Part shown: in pieces, positions 1-9,280 of the stretch | Numbering within the stretch: position 1 is the first letter of the stretch | Layout of the letters: each line of letters begins with the position of its first letter | Virus record (IMG/VR): IMGVR_UViG_3300023174_000038 | Location: 248,001 to 312,000 of that record | Direction: 5' to 3' (one strand) | DNA: 64,000 nt | Translations under genes and position numbers: made by a program | The notes under the pieces: model-generated | What the model saw: only the letters and a program-made list of their open reading frames with translations | What the model was told of the DNA's origin: nothing | Database searches by the model: none

Positions 1-878
1 GGCATAGTGTCAACTACGTGCCGAATATGTTCAAGTATGGCTATGCGTTTACGCAGTTGAGCATTCCAATGTCCTTCACGGAAATCACTTAATGGAATAA
101 TATCAAAAATATTAAACACACTATCATCTGCTTGCACATCAGTCTTACGGCGTGCTTGTCGCATCAGTTCTTGGAATGTATTACCAATTACTTCTCCATC
201 TAATACAAATCCGTTAATCAATGCGTTCTGATGTCCTCTAGCAATCTTAATAAAGTTGTCGCTAATCTGTTTTTCAATGTGACCAAAGTTATCAAACACT
301 TTACCATTACGGCTGTAGCAAACTGTAGTCACACCCTCACTTGCACCGGGTATTACAAACATCAATACACGAACACCATCTAACTTAGGCTCAAGGCGTT
401 TAGTACCTTTCATCTCAGGACGACCTTCACTATTAGTTGCTAGTTGACAACCAAAGATTGGAATTTCGTAATCAGTTTTCTTACAGATTTTGTTGATTGT
501 TTTTTCAGATATACCAGCACGTAAATCTCTACGAATAACAGGAGCACAGAATGTATTCCATTCTATGCTATCAAATCGTTCACTCATTTCATTGATAGCA
601 TCAAGTGCGGCATTGCCTGACAAATCACGGTGCGACAATAGTGTAAGCAATGTATTAAAATCACTCCAAGGATTTTCAGCATCAACAATACCTACAGTAT
701 CAGGAACTTTACGTACACCAAATGTCACATAAGGATTGTAACAAGCTTTTGTCAAACCCAAAAAAATCTGAGCATTAGTGCTACCTAGGACACTTGCCTC
801 AAGCGCCTGTAAAATGATATCTTCCTTGTGCAGGCGACTATCACTTTCATTTAACTTTGTTATCCACGATGCTGACAT
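1..878 (-). CDS. ATP-dependent DNA ligase (5' part; runs off window edge)
   Basis: Manual translation from ATG at 878: MSASWITKLNESDSRLHKE...RLEPKLDGVR...YSRNGK...VLDGE...FNIFDI; ligase motifs I (KxDG), III and IIIa. Absent from ORF track because truncated. Confidence 0.92.
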   Translation of the reverse strand, partial: MSASWITKLNESDSRLHKEDIILQALEASVLGSTNAQIFLGLTKACYNPYVTFGVRKVPDTVGIVDAENPWSDFNTLLTLLSHRDLSGNAALDAINEMSERFDSIEWNTFCAPVIRRDLRAGISEKTINKICKKTDYEIPIFGCQLATNSEGRPEMKGTKRLEPKLDGVRVLMFVIPGASEGVTTVCYSRNGKVFDNFGHIEKQISDNFIKIARGHQNALINGFVLDGEVIGNTFQELMRQARRKTDVQADDSVFNIFDIIPLSDFREGHWNAQLRKRIAILEHIRHVVDTM

Positions 879-887
879 TTAAAATCC

Positions 888-1070
888 TTATTTTACCTTA
901 CGTTTATTACATTCTTCATATGCCTGATCAGGAACTTGTTCATATGTATCTAGTTTGGAACATTGATACTCTAGTACAATATAATCAGGGTCATCAGTAC
1001 TTTCTCGCACTAACCACAATATTCCTATAATTACTAATATTGTGATAACTGTTGATTTGATGGTATCCAT
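888..1070 (-). CDS. Small membrane-anchored protein (two Cys)
   Basis: N-terminal hydrophobic helix; likely start MDTIKS at 1070. Confidence 0.6.
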   Translation of the reverse strand: MDTIKSTVITILVIIGILWLVRESTDDPDYIVLEYQCSKLDTYEQVPDQAYEECNKRKVK

Positions 1071-1096
1071 GATATTACCCCTTACGGGGTATTTAG

Positions 1097-1525
1097 CTAC
1101 CAACTACTATTATAAAATACTTTCAATCCTAGGAACACTTCTGCCTTAGCGTTGTTTACAAACTCAAGGTCTTGTTCATAGTAATAATTATCTGCAGGAT
1201 TACCAAAGAAGAAACCTTCTGTACTAGGAAGTTTGCCGTGACGAATAGCACGTTCAAGATTATCTAAATCATCCCAAGTAAGTTCTAACTCAATGCCATT
1301 GAATTTTTGATCTTTACTTTGCAGACCAGGTTCTTTTTTACTATGCCAAAGTTGTTCCATCCAACCATGCAAGTTAGGATGTTTACGCCAATAAGCAATC
1401 TCATATGGCTTAGTAACTGTCTTACTCACAAACTCACTTGTAGTTGCATCAAACTCTGCGGTTTCATAGAAGTCATTATATTGACCTTTTTTGTTAGCAA
1501 CATAAGCATACATATCTAATCCCAT
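1097..1525 (-). CDS. Conserved phage hypothetical protein (MGLDMY...YWRK family)
   Basis: MGLDMY start with GGAGG RBS; YWRKHPNLHGWM and terminal YxSSW typical of a widespread phage family. Confidence 0.8.
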   Translation of the reverse strand: MGLDMYAYVANKKGQYNDFYETAEFDATTSEFVSKTVTKPYEIAYWRKHPNLHGWMEQLWHSKKEPGLQSKDQKFNGIELELTWDDLDNLERAIRHGKLPSTEGFFFGNPADNYYYEQDLEFVNNAKAEVFLGLKVFYNSSW

Positions 1526-1554
1526 AATATCCTCCACCTTTTTACGTTTATATT

Positions 1555-1683
1555 TCACTTAGCTTGTTCAACAGTTACCTGTTTAACTTTTTCTACACCG
1601 TTGTCAGCAATTTTGGCAATGCCACTAAAGCCCACAGTTGAGACTACAATACCAAGAATAAACCCTACTAATAATTTTGTCAT
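1555..1683 (-). CDS. Small membrane protein (42 aa)
   Basis: Manual ORF MTKLLVGFILGIVVSTVGFSGIAK..., fills gap between neighbours. Confidence 0.6.
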   Translation of the reverse strand: MTKLLVGFILGIVVSTVGFSGIAKIADNGVEKVKQVTVEQAK

Positions 1684-1684
1684 T

Positions 1685-1918
1685 TTAAATCTCCGGAAAT
1701 TGATATAGTTCCCACTCTTCGGCATACTCTGTTTCTAAAACAGTTGCCGCATCTGTATAGCCATGATTGACTAATGTTTGAATGCAATTTTTAATAATCA
1801 AATTAGCAAACATGTCAGGATCAAAATCGTATGTATACGTAGAACGATTGCCGTCCTCATCAGTTTCAACATAGCCCTTAGCCTGTTTAAAAAGTTTTTC
1901 AATATCTTTATTCATCAT
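1685..1918 (-). CDS. Hypothetical protein (FAxLII family)
   Basis: ORF; FANLIIKNC motif shared with 1908..2135 and 8813..9028. Confidence 0.7.
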   Translation of the reverse strand: MMNKDIEKLFKQAKGYVETDEDGNRSTYTYDFDPDMFANLIIKNCIQTLVNHGYTDAATVLETEYAEEWELYQFPEI

Positions 1919-2135
1919 TCATCTCCACCATCCCAAAATGTATTAACAAATCTCTACCTAACAACGGACCATGTTCCCATGCACTACATGCATAACGATC
2001 ACACTCACGTACAATCAGTTCTGCAAACTTTTCAGTATCAAACCGATCTACCATATAACTATTAAAAGCATTAGTACCTCGTTGTTCACGCACGATACAT
2101 TGTGATTTTAATTCATTAATCAATTCTGTATTCAT
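1908..2135 (-). CDS. Hypothetical protein (EKFAELIVREC family)
   Basis: ORF overlapping neighbours; KFAELIVREC...HFG motif. Confidence 0.72.
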   Translation of the reverse strand: MNTELINELKSQCIVREQRGTNAFNSYMVDRFDTEKFAELIVRECDRYACSAWEHGPLLGRDLLIHFGMVEMNDE

Positions 2136-2869
2136 AATACCTTTACACGATTAAGTTGAGTAATGTTATCTCTATGAGCTTTAACAGTACCATAAATGTT
2201 CATTGTATCACCAATTGGAACCTGTTGCTTATAGCTAAAGAACACTGGCTGATCGTTTGTAGTAATCCCAGTTACAAAAAACACATTATAAATTTGTGAA
2301 TATGTACATTTGATAACTTCAATTTCAAGTTTTACCTTGTCACCTGCTTTACCGATGAAACCACCTGTAGCAAAATTAACACGTTGTTCTGCGGTTTGAC
2401 GTTCAACACCACGCTCATAACATGAGGGCAAACTAGCAATAACAGCAACATCATAGTTACCAGTAATAACTTCCCGATTAGCAATCAACATTGCGGTATT
2501 ATCAAACTCAGTTAGTTGTTTACCTTGCAAGATTTTAAAAGTTAATGCTTGATAAAAAGCACGAACCTTTTTACCTTGTTCACGATCCTCATCAGTAATC
2601 AAAAAAGTATCAGCCAGCAATTGTTCAACAATAATACGATTAGATAGTTTTGTTGTAGCAGGATCTGATTCGGACACTACACTTAACTTGACATAACTAC
2701 CGTTGATACGTTGAGCCGCACATGCCGCACTCCACACATCATCGGCGTTATAATTTACTGTAACCTTTTGTGTTCTAGTTTTAGCACGATACGGAGTAGA
2801 ATCATCAGCATGACCCATACGTTGAATTTGACGACTAGTCATATTTGATACGTTAGCAAATCCGTGCAT
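2132..2869 (-). CDS. Hypothetical protein with C-terminal OB-fold-like domain
   Basis: 245 aa ORF with AGGAG RBS; C-terminal FIGKAGDKV...GTVKAH...TQLNRVK pattern. Confidence 0.7.
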   Translation of the reverse strand: MHGFANVSNMTSRQIQRMGHADDSTPYRAKTRTQKVTVNYNADDVWSAACAAQRINGSYVKLSVVSESDPATTKLSNRIIVEQLLADTFLITDEDREQGKKVRAFYQALTFKILQGKQLTEFDNTAMLIANREVITGNYDVAVIASLPSCYERGVERQTAEQRVNFATGGFIGKAGDKVKLEIEVIKCTYSQIYNVFFVTGITTNDQPVFFSYKQQVPIGDTMNIYGTVKAHRDNITQLNRVKVL

Positions 2870-2879
2870 GTTCTTCTCC

Positions 2880-3146
2880 TTAAACTTCTGTTTCGTATTC
2901 GTAAAACTTAACTGACGGATCCAACTTTTTCAATTGTTTAGCGGCAGTCATCAATTCTTTGTAGCGACGGTTAACTTCTGCACGGGGCAATTCACCATCG
3001 CAAGTAAGGTTCTCAGGGCTAAGAGCCGAATCAATCATATCTGCGACACGCTGACGACCTTTGGCAGTTTGAATTTCATACTGCTCACCTTTGAAAAAAC
3101 TATTCCAGTGATTCTTTTGGTCAATGTATTTTTGCAATGCTGTCAT
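2880..3146 (-). CDS. Early hypothetical protein (LSPENLTCDGE family)
   Basis: ORF directly downstream of a consensus sigma70 promoter, GGAG RBS. Confidence 0.78.
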   Translation of the reverse strand: MTALQKYIDQKNHWNSFFKGEQYEIQTAKGRQRVADMIDSALSPENLTCDGELPRAEVNRRYKELMTAAKQLKKLDPSVKFYEYETEV

Positions 3147-3159
3147 GTTTAACTCCGTT

Positions 3160-3210
3160 GTTTAACTGTTTAAGATTCTATTATATACCCAAAGCCATTT
3201 ATTGTCAAAT
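3160..3210 (-). promoter_or_regulatory. Early sigma70 promoter/leader cassette, copy 1
   Basis: TTGACA-17 nt-TATAAT followed by AGAATCTTAAACAGTTA leader. Confidence 0.9.
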
Positions 3211-3426
3211 ATAGAAATCTGACGTTAAGCCCAATTCTGTATAGACAATTTCACGGACTTCTGTATCCATTGCTTCACCAAATAATTCATAGTCGCAATC
3301 GGCCAAGTCACGCAAATTTTGCAGTACTATGGGCCAAGTGCTTTTATTCATTTTGTGGAATTCAATGATATCGGCAATTTGTTTGTTACCTTCTTCACTA
3401 AACATACCGTATGTTGCTATAGTCAT
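3205..3426 (-). CDS. Early hypothetical protein
   Basis: ORF between two repeated promoter cassettes, AAGGA RBS. Confidence 0.75.
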   Translation of the reverse strand: MTIATYGMFSEEGNKQIADIIEFHKMNKSTWPIVLQNLRDLADCDYELFGEAMDTEVREIVYTELGLTSDFYI

Positions 3427-3430
3427 TTTG

Positions 3431-3489
3431 TGTCCTTTATCTAACTGTCTAAGATTCTATTATAAGCCCAAATCCATTTAATGTCAAAT
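3431..3489 (-). promoter_or_regulatory. Early sigma70 promoter/leader cassette, copy 2
   Basis: TTGACA-17-TATAAT-AGAATCTTAGACAGTTAGATAAAGGACA. Confidence 0.9.
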
Positions 3490-3825
3490 TTAAGCGGCCA
3501 GTCTTTGTAGCGTTTTTGCAACATTATCTTGGACCAACTGTTCAAATCCAGCTTTAGTAACTGGGTAGCCCAACTGTTTTAGTTGTTTTTTGATATGGGG
3601 TTGAATAAAACCCTTAGAACCTACAATTTTAAGGGGAGCCTCACCCTTTTCTAAACGGCTGAAGTATTCTTCAACTGTAAAGTTTTTTGTAAGGAATGTA
3701 AGGAAACTTGCTTTAGAACTTTTAGCATACTTAAAACGGGCTACAAATTTTGTAGTACCGTCAACTGGATTTGTGTAGTCAACGTACTCTGTACCGTAGA
3801 AGTTGCCCTTGATGAATGTAGTCAT
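3490..3825 (-). CDS. Early hypothetical protein
   Basis: ORF between repeated promoter cassettes. Confidence 0.75.
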   Translation of the reverse strand: MTTFIKGNFYGTEYVDYTNPVDGTTKFVARFKYAKSSKASFLTFLTKNFTVEEYFSRLEKGEAPLKIVGSKGFIQPHIKKQLKQLGYPVTKAGFEQLVQDNVAKTLQRLAA

Positions 3826-3829
3826 TTCG

Positions 3830-3889
3830 TGTCCTTTATCTAACTGTCTAAGATTCTATTGTATCAGAAGATCCATTTATTGTCAAATT
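3830..3889 (-). promoter_or_regulatory. Early sigma70 promoter/leader cassette, copy 3
   Basis: TTGACA-17-TACAAT-AGAATCTTAGACAGTTAGATAAAGGACA. Confidence 0.88.
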
Positions 3890-3897
3890 TTGGGTAT

Positions 3898-3928
3898 AAA
3901 AAAGCCCCAAATTTTGGGGTATTTTTTG
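3898..3928 (-). terminator. Probable intrinsic terminator
   Basis: CCCCAA/TTGGGG inverted repeat flanked by A and T runs after 3933..4829. Confidence 0.6.
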
Positions 3929-3932
3929 AATA

Positions 3933-4829
3933 CTAACGTACTATAGTTTTATCGGATGCATTACCACCACCAAATTTACTTTCCCATTCTGTTTCTGTTT
4001 GAACAGTATATCCTTTAGTTTTAAACCATTCAATTAATTTATCTTCCATTTCCCCTAACTTATCTACGTTATTTGGAATTTTTATAACATTGTCGGGTAA
4101 TAGAACTCTGGATTTAGCATGATGACCTACTATCTCATTAAAGTTTATATCCTTATGCCATATTTTATCTAAATATTCAAATCCAAATTTATTTGCTACT
4201 TGAAGAGGTGCAAATTTATATCCACATCGCATTAGTATTGGTCTAATAAGACCGGTAAGTTGTACATCTTCATTCCAATTATTTGTCCACTCTTGTTTCT
4301 TTTTAGCTTTGCCAAGAGATAATGGATTAGGTACGGTATGAGCAATACCATGCACGTTACATGCTTCTAAAAATCTTTTAGTTCTAAATGAAAATCCACC
4401 GTTCTGAATGACAAAGGTGTTTGGTTTATCAAGCCAATGAAATTGTAAAAACAGATGTTCAATAGTATCTACTGCATTATTAAATTGCAATCCACAATGA
4501 GTAGGAGGACCAATGTAATCGTATTGATAAAATTCTTCTGTAAATTTATTGCCGTTTAATACCCAACTATCGTCTTGTACAATTAAACAATAATCTGTTT
4601 TAATAAATGCATAGAGTGAATGCATCATAAAAATACTATGTTGTTTATAATTTAAATAGTAAATTCGTTGCCATTCAATCTCAGATGGTAGATTGTCTGG
4701 TTTAGTAATAGATAATAATAGTCCCCTACTGCCAGGCAATTCTTGTATACTTTTTAGAATAGAAGGTACCGCACTAGAACCATCATTGTGTCCGTATACG
4801 GCTACAACTGTTAATTGGTCATGTAACAT
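3933..4829 (-). CDS. GT-A-fold glycosyltransferase-like protein (DUF5672-like)
   Basis: LIVQDDSW, YDYIG, QNGGFSFR, NED motifs. Confidence 0.7.
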   Translation of the reverse strand: MLHDQLTVVAVYGHNDGSSAVPSILKSIQELPGSRGLLLSITKPDNLPSEIEWQRIYYLNYKQHSIFMMHSLYAFIKTDYCLIVQDDSWVLNGNKFTEEFYQYDYIGPPTHCGLQFNNAVDTIEHLFLQFHWLDKPNTFVIQNGGFSFRTKRFLEACNVHGIAHTVPNPLSLGKAKKKQEWTNNWNEDVQLTGLIRPILMRCGYKFAPLQVANKFGFEYLDKIWHKDINFNEIVGHHAKSRVLLPDNVIKIPNNVDKLGEMEDKLIEWFKTKGYTVQTETEWESKFGGGNASDKTIVR

Positions 4830-4842
4830 TTTAAATGTTATA

Positions 4843-5112
4843 TTATTTTTTATTAGTGCTTTGGTTTACAAAACCATACATTTTCTCAGCAGTTTCAAGG
4901 ATCTTATCTAGACCGGGAAACTCAGGCATAGTAACAGTAGAAACAAGTTGACCTGTTTTCTCATCACGTTTGGCGCTTAGTTCCCAACCCTGAAATTTCA
5001 TTTGATATTCTTGTTGTACAACATCTTTGGCTAGTGCTAAGATATCTGAACGTATTTCATATCCGTTTTTATTGAATTTAACTTCTGGTGCTTTTGGTGT
5101 GTAGTCTGACAT
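4843..5112 (-). CDS. Conserved phage hypothetical protein
   Basis: NGYEIRSDILALAK...AEKMYGFV; AAGGA RBS. Confidence 0.75.
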   Translation of the reverse strand: MSDYTPKAPEVKFNKNGYEIRSDILALAKDVVQQEYQMKFQGWELSAKRDEKTGQLVSTVTMPEFPGLDKILETAEKMYGFVNQSTNKK

Positions 5113-5403
5113 TTTATTTCCTTACTGTGTAAATGTTCAGATAGTATATATAACTTTTTTAGGTTGTTCAAATCTTTCGGGAAAATTTAGTCGTTCCCAT
5201 TCTTCATCTGATACCGGCCACCAATTAGTCATATCCAACCTTTGAATTCACTATCAATGATTGGATGTACTTCCCAACCTTCTTTAGCCCATCTATATAG
5301 CATAATTAGGTCGTTAATCAAATTCATTTTACTTTGCCTGCTTTATATATTTTAAAGTCTTGGACTGTTTGTATTATTGATAATAAAAGTTGTTTAATTT
5401 TGT

Positions 5404-5598
5404 TCATAGATACCTCTGTTGTGATTTTCTTTCAAATTCATTAGTAAAACGGTCAATGTCACCGATATCCTTAGGATTTTTACTATTGATATATTGCTCC
5501 AATTGACTACCGTATGATTGATTAGATAGCAATCCCAATAAAGGAATTGCTATGCCAATCACAGTCATTGTAATGATTGTGATTAATACTGATATCAT
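5404..5598 (-). CDS. Small membrane-anchored protein
   Basis: N-terminal TM; LEQYINSKNP..DID motif. Confidence 0.65.
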   Translation of the reverse strand: MISVLITIITMTVIGIAIPLLGLLSNQSYGSQLEQYINSKNPKDIGDIDRFTNEFERKSQQRYL

Positions 5599-5599
5599 A

Positions 5600-5869
5600 T
5601 TACTTAGATTTCTTTGTGTTAAAAGCAGGGACCATTGTTTTATATTGGTCAGCTAATTGTGAATAGAATTCTTTGCTTGTGAAGATCATACCTAAAGCCA
5701 TCATTGATTGCATTCCTGAATCAGCGGCTTGTTTAGTGTATTTTGATTGTGCATCAACAAATGTAATCATTGCTGTTTTGATGCCTTCGTGTTGAACTGT
5801 TTGTTCTACGAATTTCTTTTTGAAGTCTGAAACGCCGTCAATAAAGGCGTAAGTTGCTGTGTTAAACAT
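5600..5869 (-). CDS. Phasin-like helical protein
   Basis: Likely start MFNTATY with AGGAG RBS; amphipathic helices (FIDGVSDFKKKFV, FVDAQSKYTK). Phasin call is by resemblance only. Confidence 0.5.
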   Translation of the reverse strand: MFNTATYAFIDGVSDFKKKFVEQTVQHEGIKTAMITFVDAQSKYTKQAADSGMQSMMALGMIFTSKEFYSQLADQYKTMVPAFNTKKSK

Positions 5870-5935
5870 TTTATATCTCCTATGTGTGTGTTTAAAAGTT
5901 AGGTTTTTATGAAGAACCCGTAACTTCATATATAT

Positions 5936-6247
5936 TTATGCCGGCTCATAGATTTCTCTATATTTTGACATAGCTAATTCTCTAGCCAGAAACAATCTTA
6001 AGTTGACATAATCAGTTAAATCCTCATTGTCATGTAAAGATGTTTCAATCTTTAATATAATACGACGGGAATTAACTAATATGTCCTCATCATCAACTAG
6101 AACCAGATTAGGGTCAATTCCCAAAGTTCTAATTGATGTGAGTCTATATGGATTACTTCTTAGGAGCTTCGGCTTTTTTATCTTCAGCTTTTGCTGGGGC
6201 TGGGCTAGCAGGCTTGGCATCACTTTTAGTGTCTGCCTTGGGAGCAT
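5936..6247 (-). CDS. Hypothetical protein (start uncertain)
   Basis: 3' part fills otherwise empty space; 5' part overlaps 6153..6413. Confidence 0.45.
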   Translation of the reverse strand: MLPRQTLKVMPSLLAQPQQKLKIKKPKLLRSNPYRLTSIRTLGIDPNLVLVDDEDILVNSRRIILKIETSLHDNEDLTDYVNLRLFLARELAMSKYREIYEPA

Positions 6248-6413
6248 CCTTTTTCTTAGCTAATTTCATTTCAGCTTTTGGTGCTTCTGCTTTAGCAGGT
6301 GCAGCCGGCGCTACTACTGCTGGAGTAGATGTTACTGGAGCTTTTGCTGGTTCAGCGGCAAAAGCTGTTGCTACTGATAGTGTTGTAATTAGGGCGATTG
6401 CTAATGTTTTCAT
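6153..6413 (-). CDS. Secreted Ala/Pro/Lys-rich small protein (acid-shock-protein-like)
   Basis: Sec signal MKTLAIALITTLSVATAFA, low-complexity APK mature part, AAGGA RBS. Confidence 0.7.
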   Translation of the reverse strand: MKTLAIALITTLSVATAFAAEPAKAPVTSTPAVVAPAAPAKAEAPKAEMKLAKKKDAPKADTKSDAKPASPAPAKAEDKKAEAPKK

Positions 6414-6502
6414 TTTAAGTTTCCTTTAAGTTAATGAAGTAGATTTTCTAGTCTACATATATATAACGCATTAGCCTACTGTTTCGTTGACATAAATACA
6501 TT

Positions 6503-6985
6503 ATGTTATATATATCTTATCAAGGAATCTACGACGGGCAAAACTATGAATATGCTAACACACCTGATCAAATAGGAAAATCCTTTAATAACGGTTTTGC
6601 TTGTATGGTAGATGTTTGGAGAATAGATAATACACTATGTGTAGGTCCAGAAGCTGCACCTATTCCTGTAACTAACAAATATCTACAGGGTAACCGTTTT
6701 TGGATTAAATGCGGGAATCAGGAAACATATGATTGGTTTCTCACACAATCATTAAGACAATATCCAAACTATTTCTATCAACCTGTATATAATGAGAATG
6801 TAACTACTAGTAGCAATAGGTTATGGACACCTGGAACAGTGGCAGTAAATGATACTAGTATTGTTGTATTACCCGAAATAGCTGATAGAGGATTGTTTAG
6901 TACTGTACATTTAAGATGCTACGGAGTATGTAGCACCTTTCTAACCTTCATTAAACGTATGCGTAATGAGGGTGAGTGGTATTAA
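6503..6985 (+). CDS. GDPD/PLC-like phosphodiesterase-fold protein
   Basis: ISYQG...NTP...VDVW pattern resembling a degenerate SHRG/EN/ExDV; TAAATA box 4 nt upstream. Confidence 0.55.
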   Translation: MLYISYQGIYDGQNYEYANTPDQIGKSFNNGFACMVDVWRIDNTLCVGPEAAPIPVTNKYLQGNRFWIKCGNQETYDWFLTQSLRQYPNYFYQPVYNENVTTSSNRLWTPGTVAVNDTSIVVLPEIADRGLFSTVHLRCYGVCSTFLTFIKRMRNEGEWY

Positions 6986-7149
6986 CCACCACGTCCACTT
7001 CTACGTACAACTGTTGCACCACCCGATCCTTTTGTAGGTTTAGGACCTTGTGATTTTGGGGCTTTAGCCAATCCAGGATGCTTACTATCTTTTTTAGCGG
7101 CGTTAGCTAAATTGATAAATGGATTTTTACTTTTCTTTTCTTCAGTCAT
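6982..7149 (-). CDS. Small basic protein (55 aa)
   Basis: Manual ORF MTEEKKSKNPF...VVRRSGRGG, ATGA overlap with upstream gene. Confidence 0.6.
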   Translation of the reverse strand: MTEEKKSKNPFINLANAAKKDSKHPGLAKAPKSQGPKPTKGSGGATVVRRSGRGG

Positions 7150-7565
7150 TTTTTTACCTTTATGCTATCTAAATATTCATTTACATTTCCATATAAACTA
7201 ATCATCATGGCAATTTTGCTATCATAAAAACGTATATAGGGAAAACTTTTCTTTCCATCTTTATTTACCCCCATAAAGTAGGGGCATTTGATTTTTTTAT
7301 TAAGCTCTAATAGATAGGCATGATATTGAACTTCAGGTTGTAGTTTCAATTCGTACTGGTAAAATTCTATTTCTGCTGTTCTGAATGCTAGGTCACCTAC
7401 ATCAGTTAGTCGTAGACCGTCTTGGCGCCCAGTCATCCACCATTTAAATAGTAGATTATCTACTGAGATGTTTTTTTCTTGGAGTAATGAATTAGGAAGT
7501 TGAGCCAATACAACTTCTGTTATAGTTTCTTTAAGTGTCTTACGCTTACTCATCTGGGTAGACAA
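7146..7565 (-). CDS. Conserved hypothetical protein
   Basis: WW...GLRLT..G motif; operon-packed. Confidence 0.72.
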   Translation of the reverse strand: MSTQMSKRKTLKETITEVVLAQLPNSLLQEKNISVDNLLFKWWMTGRQDGLRLTDVGDLAFRTAEIEFYQYELKLQPEVQYHAYLLELNKKIKCPYFMGVNKDGKKSFPYIRFYDSKIAMMISLYGNVNEYLDSIKVKK

Positions 7566-7839
7566 CTCTACCGGAGTTCATAAACACCACTGTGAATTTA
7601 TCTGTTTTAAATTGTAAATTCAATTTACGACATAAATTACGTGCATGTCCTGGATTACTAAAACTAGTCTTTTTGTACTTAGGTGTTGCTTCGTTATCTA
7701 AGTAATGTTGGCTTTTTAAATTAATAGGTTGACCGTCATAAAATACAGCCCATATACCTGCGGCTTCTACTATTTGGTCACATTTGTATGTTACTTTGTC
7801 TACTAGTTCAAGTAATACTTTAGGTTGTGTTCTACTCAT
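7546..7839 (-). CDS. Conserved hypothetical protein
   Basis: PKYKKTSFSNPGHARNL; operon-packed. Confidence 0.78.
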   Translation of the reverse strand: MSRTQPKVLLELVDKVTYKCDQIVEAAGIWAVFYDGQPINLKSQHYLDNEATPKYKKTSFSNPGHARNLCRKLNLQFKTDKFTVVFMNSGRVVYPDE

Positions 7840-8039
7840 TAAAATCTACCACCATTCATTTCTACTTGAAATACTGGTTCTACAGTCGTTGTATTTTGTA
7901 ACAATTCGTAGTTATCTGCAAGTAGCTTAGTTAACTCATCTCGCAATCCGCGGGCATCACTTATGGGAATAACCACATCTCTTCCCTGTTTAGTTTCTAT
8001 TAGGGATACTTTGTCCACAAATCGCTTAATATGTATCAT
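7839..8039 (-). CDS. Hypothetical protein
   Basis: TAATG overlaps with both neighbours. Confidence 0.7.
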   Translation of the reverse strand: MIHIKRFVDKVSLIETKQGRDVVIPISDARGLRDELTKLLADNYELLQNTTTVEPVFQVEMNGGRF

Positions 8040-8500
8040 TAGTTATTTATCATGCTTTTTGCTTCATCTTCTGTTTTGTACGGACCTTGATACGGATAAC
8101 GTTGAATAAAGATGTATTTAGGGCAAAAAACTGCTATTTTTTCAATTCCCTGTTGCAATACAAACCATCCTGCGGCATGATAACATTTACTTTTAGTACC
8201 TGTTGTAAACAAATGTAATTTACGTTTAATATCTAACATACTATTAAAAACTTTACCTGTTGTAGGATATACCTTAAAGGGCAAGTCATGTTTAGTTTTA
8301 TCTGCTTTTTGTACAGTTTCAAACTCAATATTTGTTTTACGTTTGATAGCTGTAGTGTTTTTATAATGGCTTTTATTACCATTCAACTTGACTTCAAATC
8401 CAGATCCGTCAGCTAATACATTACCGACTTTTTCTTTACCATCTGTAACAATCCAGAATTGATTTTTAACTACGGGTTTAGCAATTAGTGTTTTTGTCAT
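8039..8500 (-). CDS. Conserved hypothetical protein
   Basis: GAGGA RBS; FCPK..RYPYQGPYKT. Confidence 0.75.
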   Translation of the reverse strand: MTKTLIAKPVVKNQFWIVTDGKEKVGNVLADGSGFEVKLNGNKSHYKNTTAIKRKTNIEFETVQKADKTKHDLPFKVYPTTGKVFNSMLDIKRKLHLFTTGTKSKCYHAAGWFVLQQGIEKIAVFCPKYIFIQRYPYQGPYKTEDEAKSMINN

Positions 8501-8531
8501 TTTTTATTCCTCTGTGTAAGTATAACATCAT

Positions 8532-8816
8532 TTAAATGTATTTGTCAACCTTTGTACCTAAACTATATAGATATTGGTACTCTTGGTATTCCCTAGTAAG
8601 TTTTAATGATTCATAGCGGTTTACTTCTTGGATATGTTCCTGGAATATTCTATCCTGAGATAACCGTCTGTCTAATTGTAATTTTAATATTTTATCCTTT
8701 TCCCGATCAGAATCCCGTTTGATATCGTTTTTCTTTGTTGTTTCAACGATATCCTTTAGCATATTATACCGTAAGGTATAATTAAGTAACGGAGTGGGAG
8801 CGGCTATCTTGTTCAC
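8532..8816 (-). CDS. Hypothetical protein
   Basis: ORF track; overlaps upstream stop. Confidence 0.6.
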   Translation of the reverse strand: MNKIAAPTPLLNYTLRYNMLKDIVETTKKNDIKRDSDREKDKILKLQLDRRLSQDRIFQEHIQEVNRYESLKLTREYQEYQYLYSLGTKVDKYI

Positions 8817-9028
8817 TCTATGCCAAAATGCTTCTTAATTGCAAGTTTTACTTGCATTATGCTACCTTGATGTTGCGCTAAATCAAAAGTAGTATGTACA
8901 TGTGGGCTAACTACATTACCTGTTATGTCAATGCAGTCACGTACTATTATATCAGCAAATCTACCTATGTCAAATGTACCATCAGTAATGCATCTCTCTG
9001 CTATCTCTTTAATTTTTTCATTATCCAT
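8813..9028 (-). CDS. Hypothetical protein (FAxxIVRxC family paralog)
   Basis: RFADIIVRDC...IKKHFG; AAGGA RBS. Confidence 0.7.
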   Translation of the reverse strand: MDNEKIKEIAERCITDGTFDIGRFADIIVRDCIDITGNVVSPHVHTTFDLAQHQGSIMQVKLAIKKHFGIE

Positions 9029-9040
9029 TTTAATCCTTTA

Positions 9041-9280
9041 TTAAGTAAAGGGTCTTATATCCTTGTGTTTAACAATTATAACCCTATGTATTACATCTTT
9101 ATATTTAATAGGCAAATCCAAGTGTATAGTAATTCTTGGACCTTCAAGTTCATTAATTAGTGTATCATTGCCTACTGTGCCCACAAACGGAATCTTATTC
9201 CATTTACCGATAACACGGTCACCGATACTGTATTTACCCGAGTATCGGTTTGCTTTGAAATATTCTGCTAAACTTGGCAT
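9041..9280 (-). CDS. SH3/KOW-like small beta protein
   Basis: YSIGDRVIGKW..PFVGTV pattern. Confidence 0.65.
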   Translation of the reverse strand: MPSLAEYFKANRYSGKYSIGDRVIGKWNKIPFVGTVGNDTLINELEGPRITIHLDLPIKYKDVIHRVIIVKHKDIRPFT

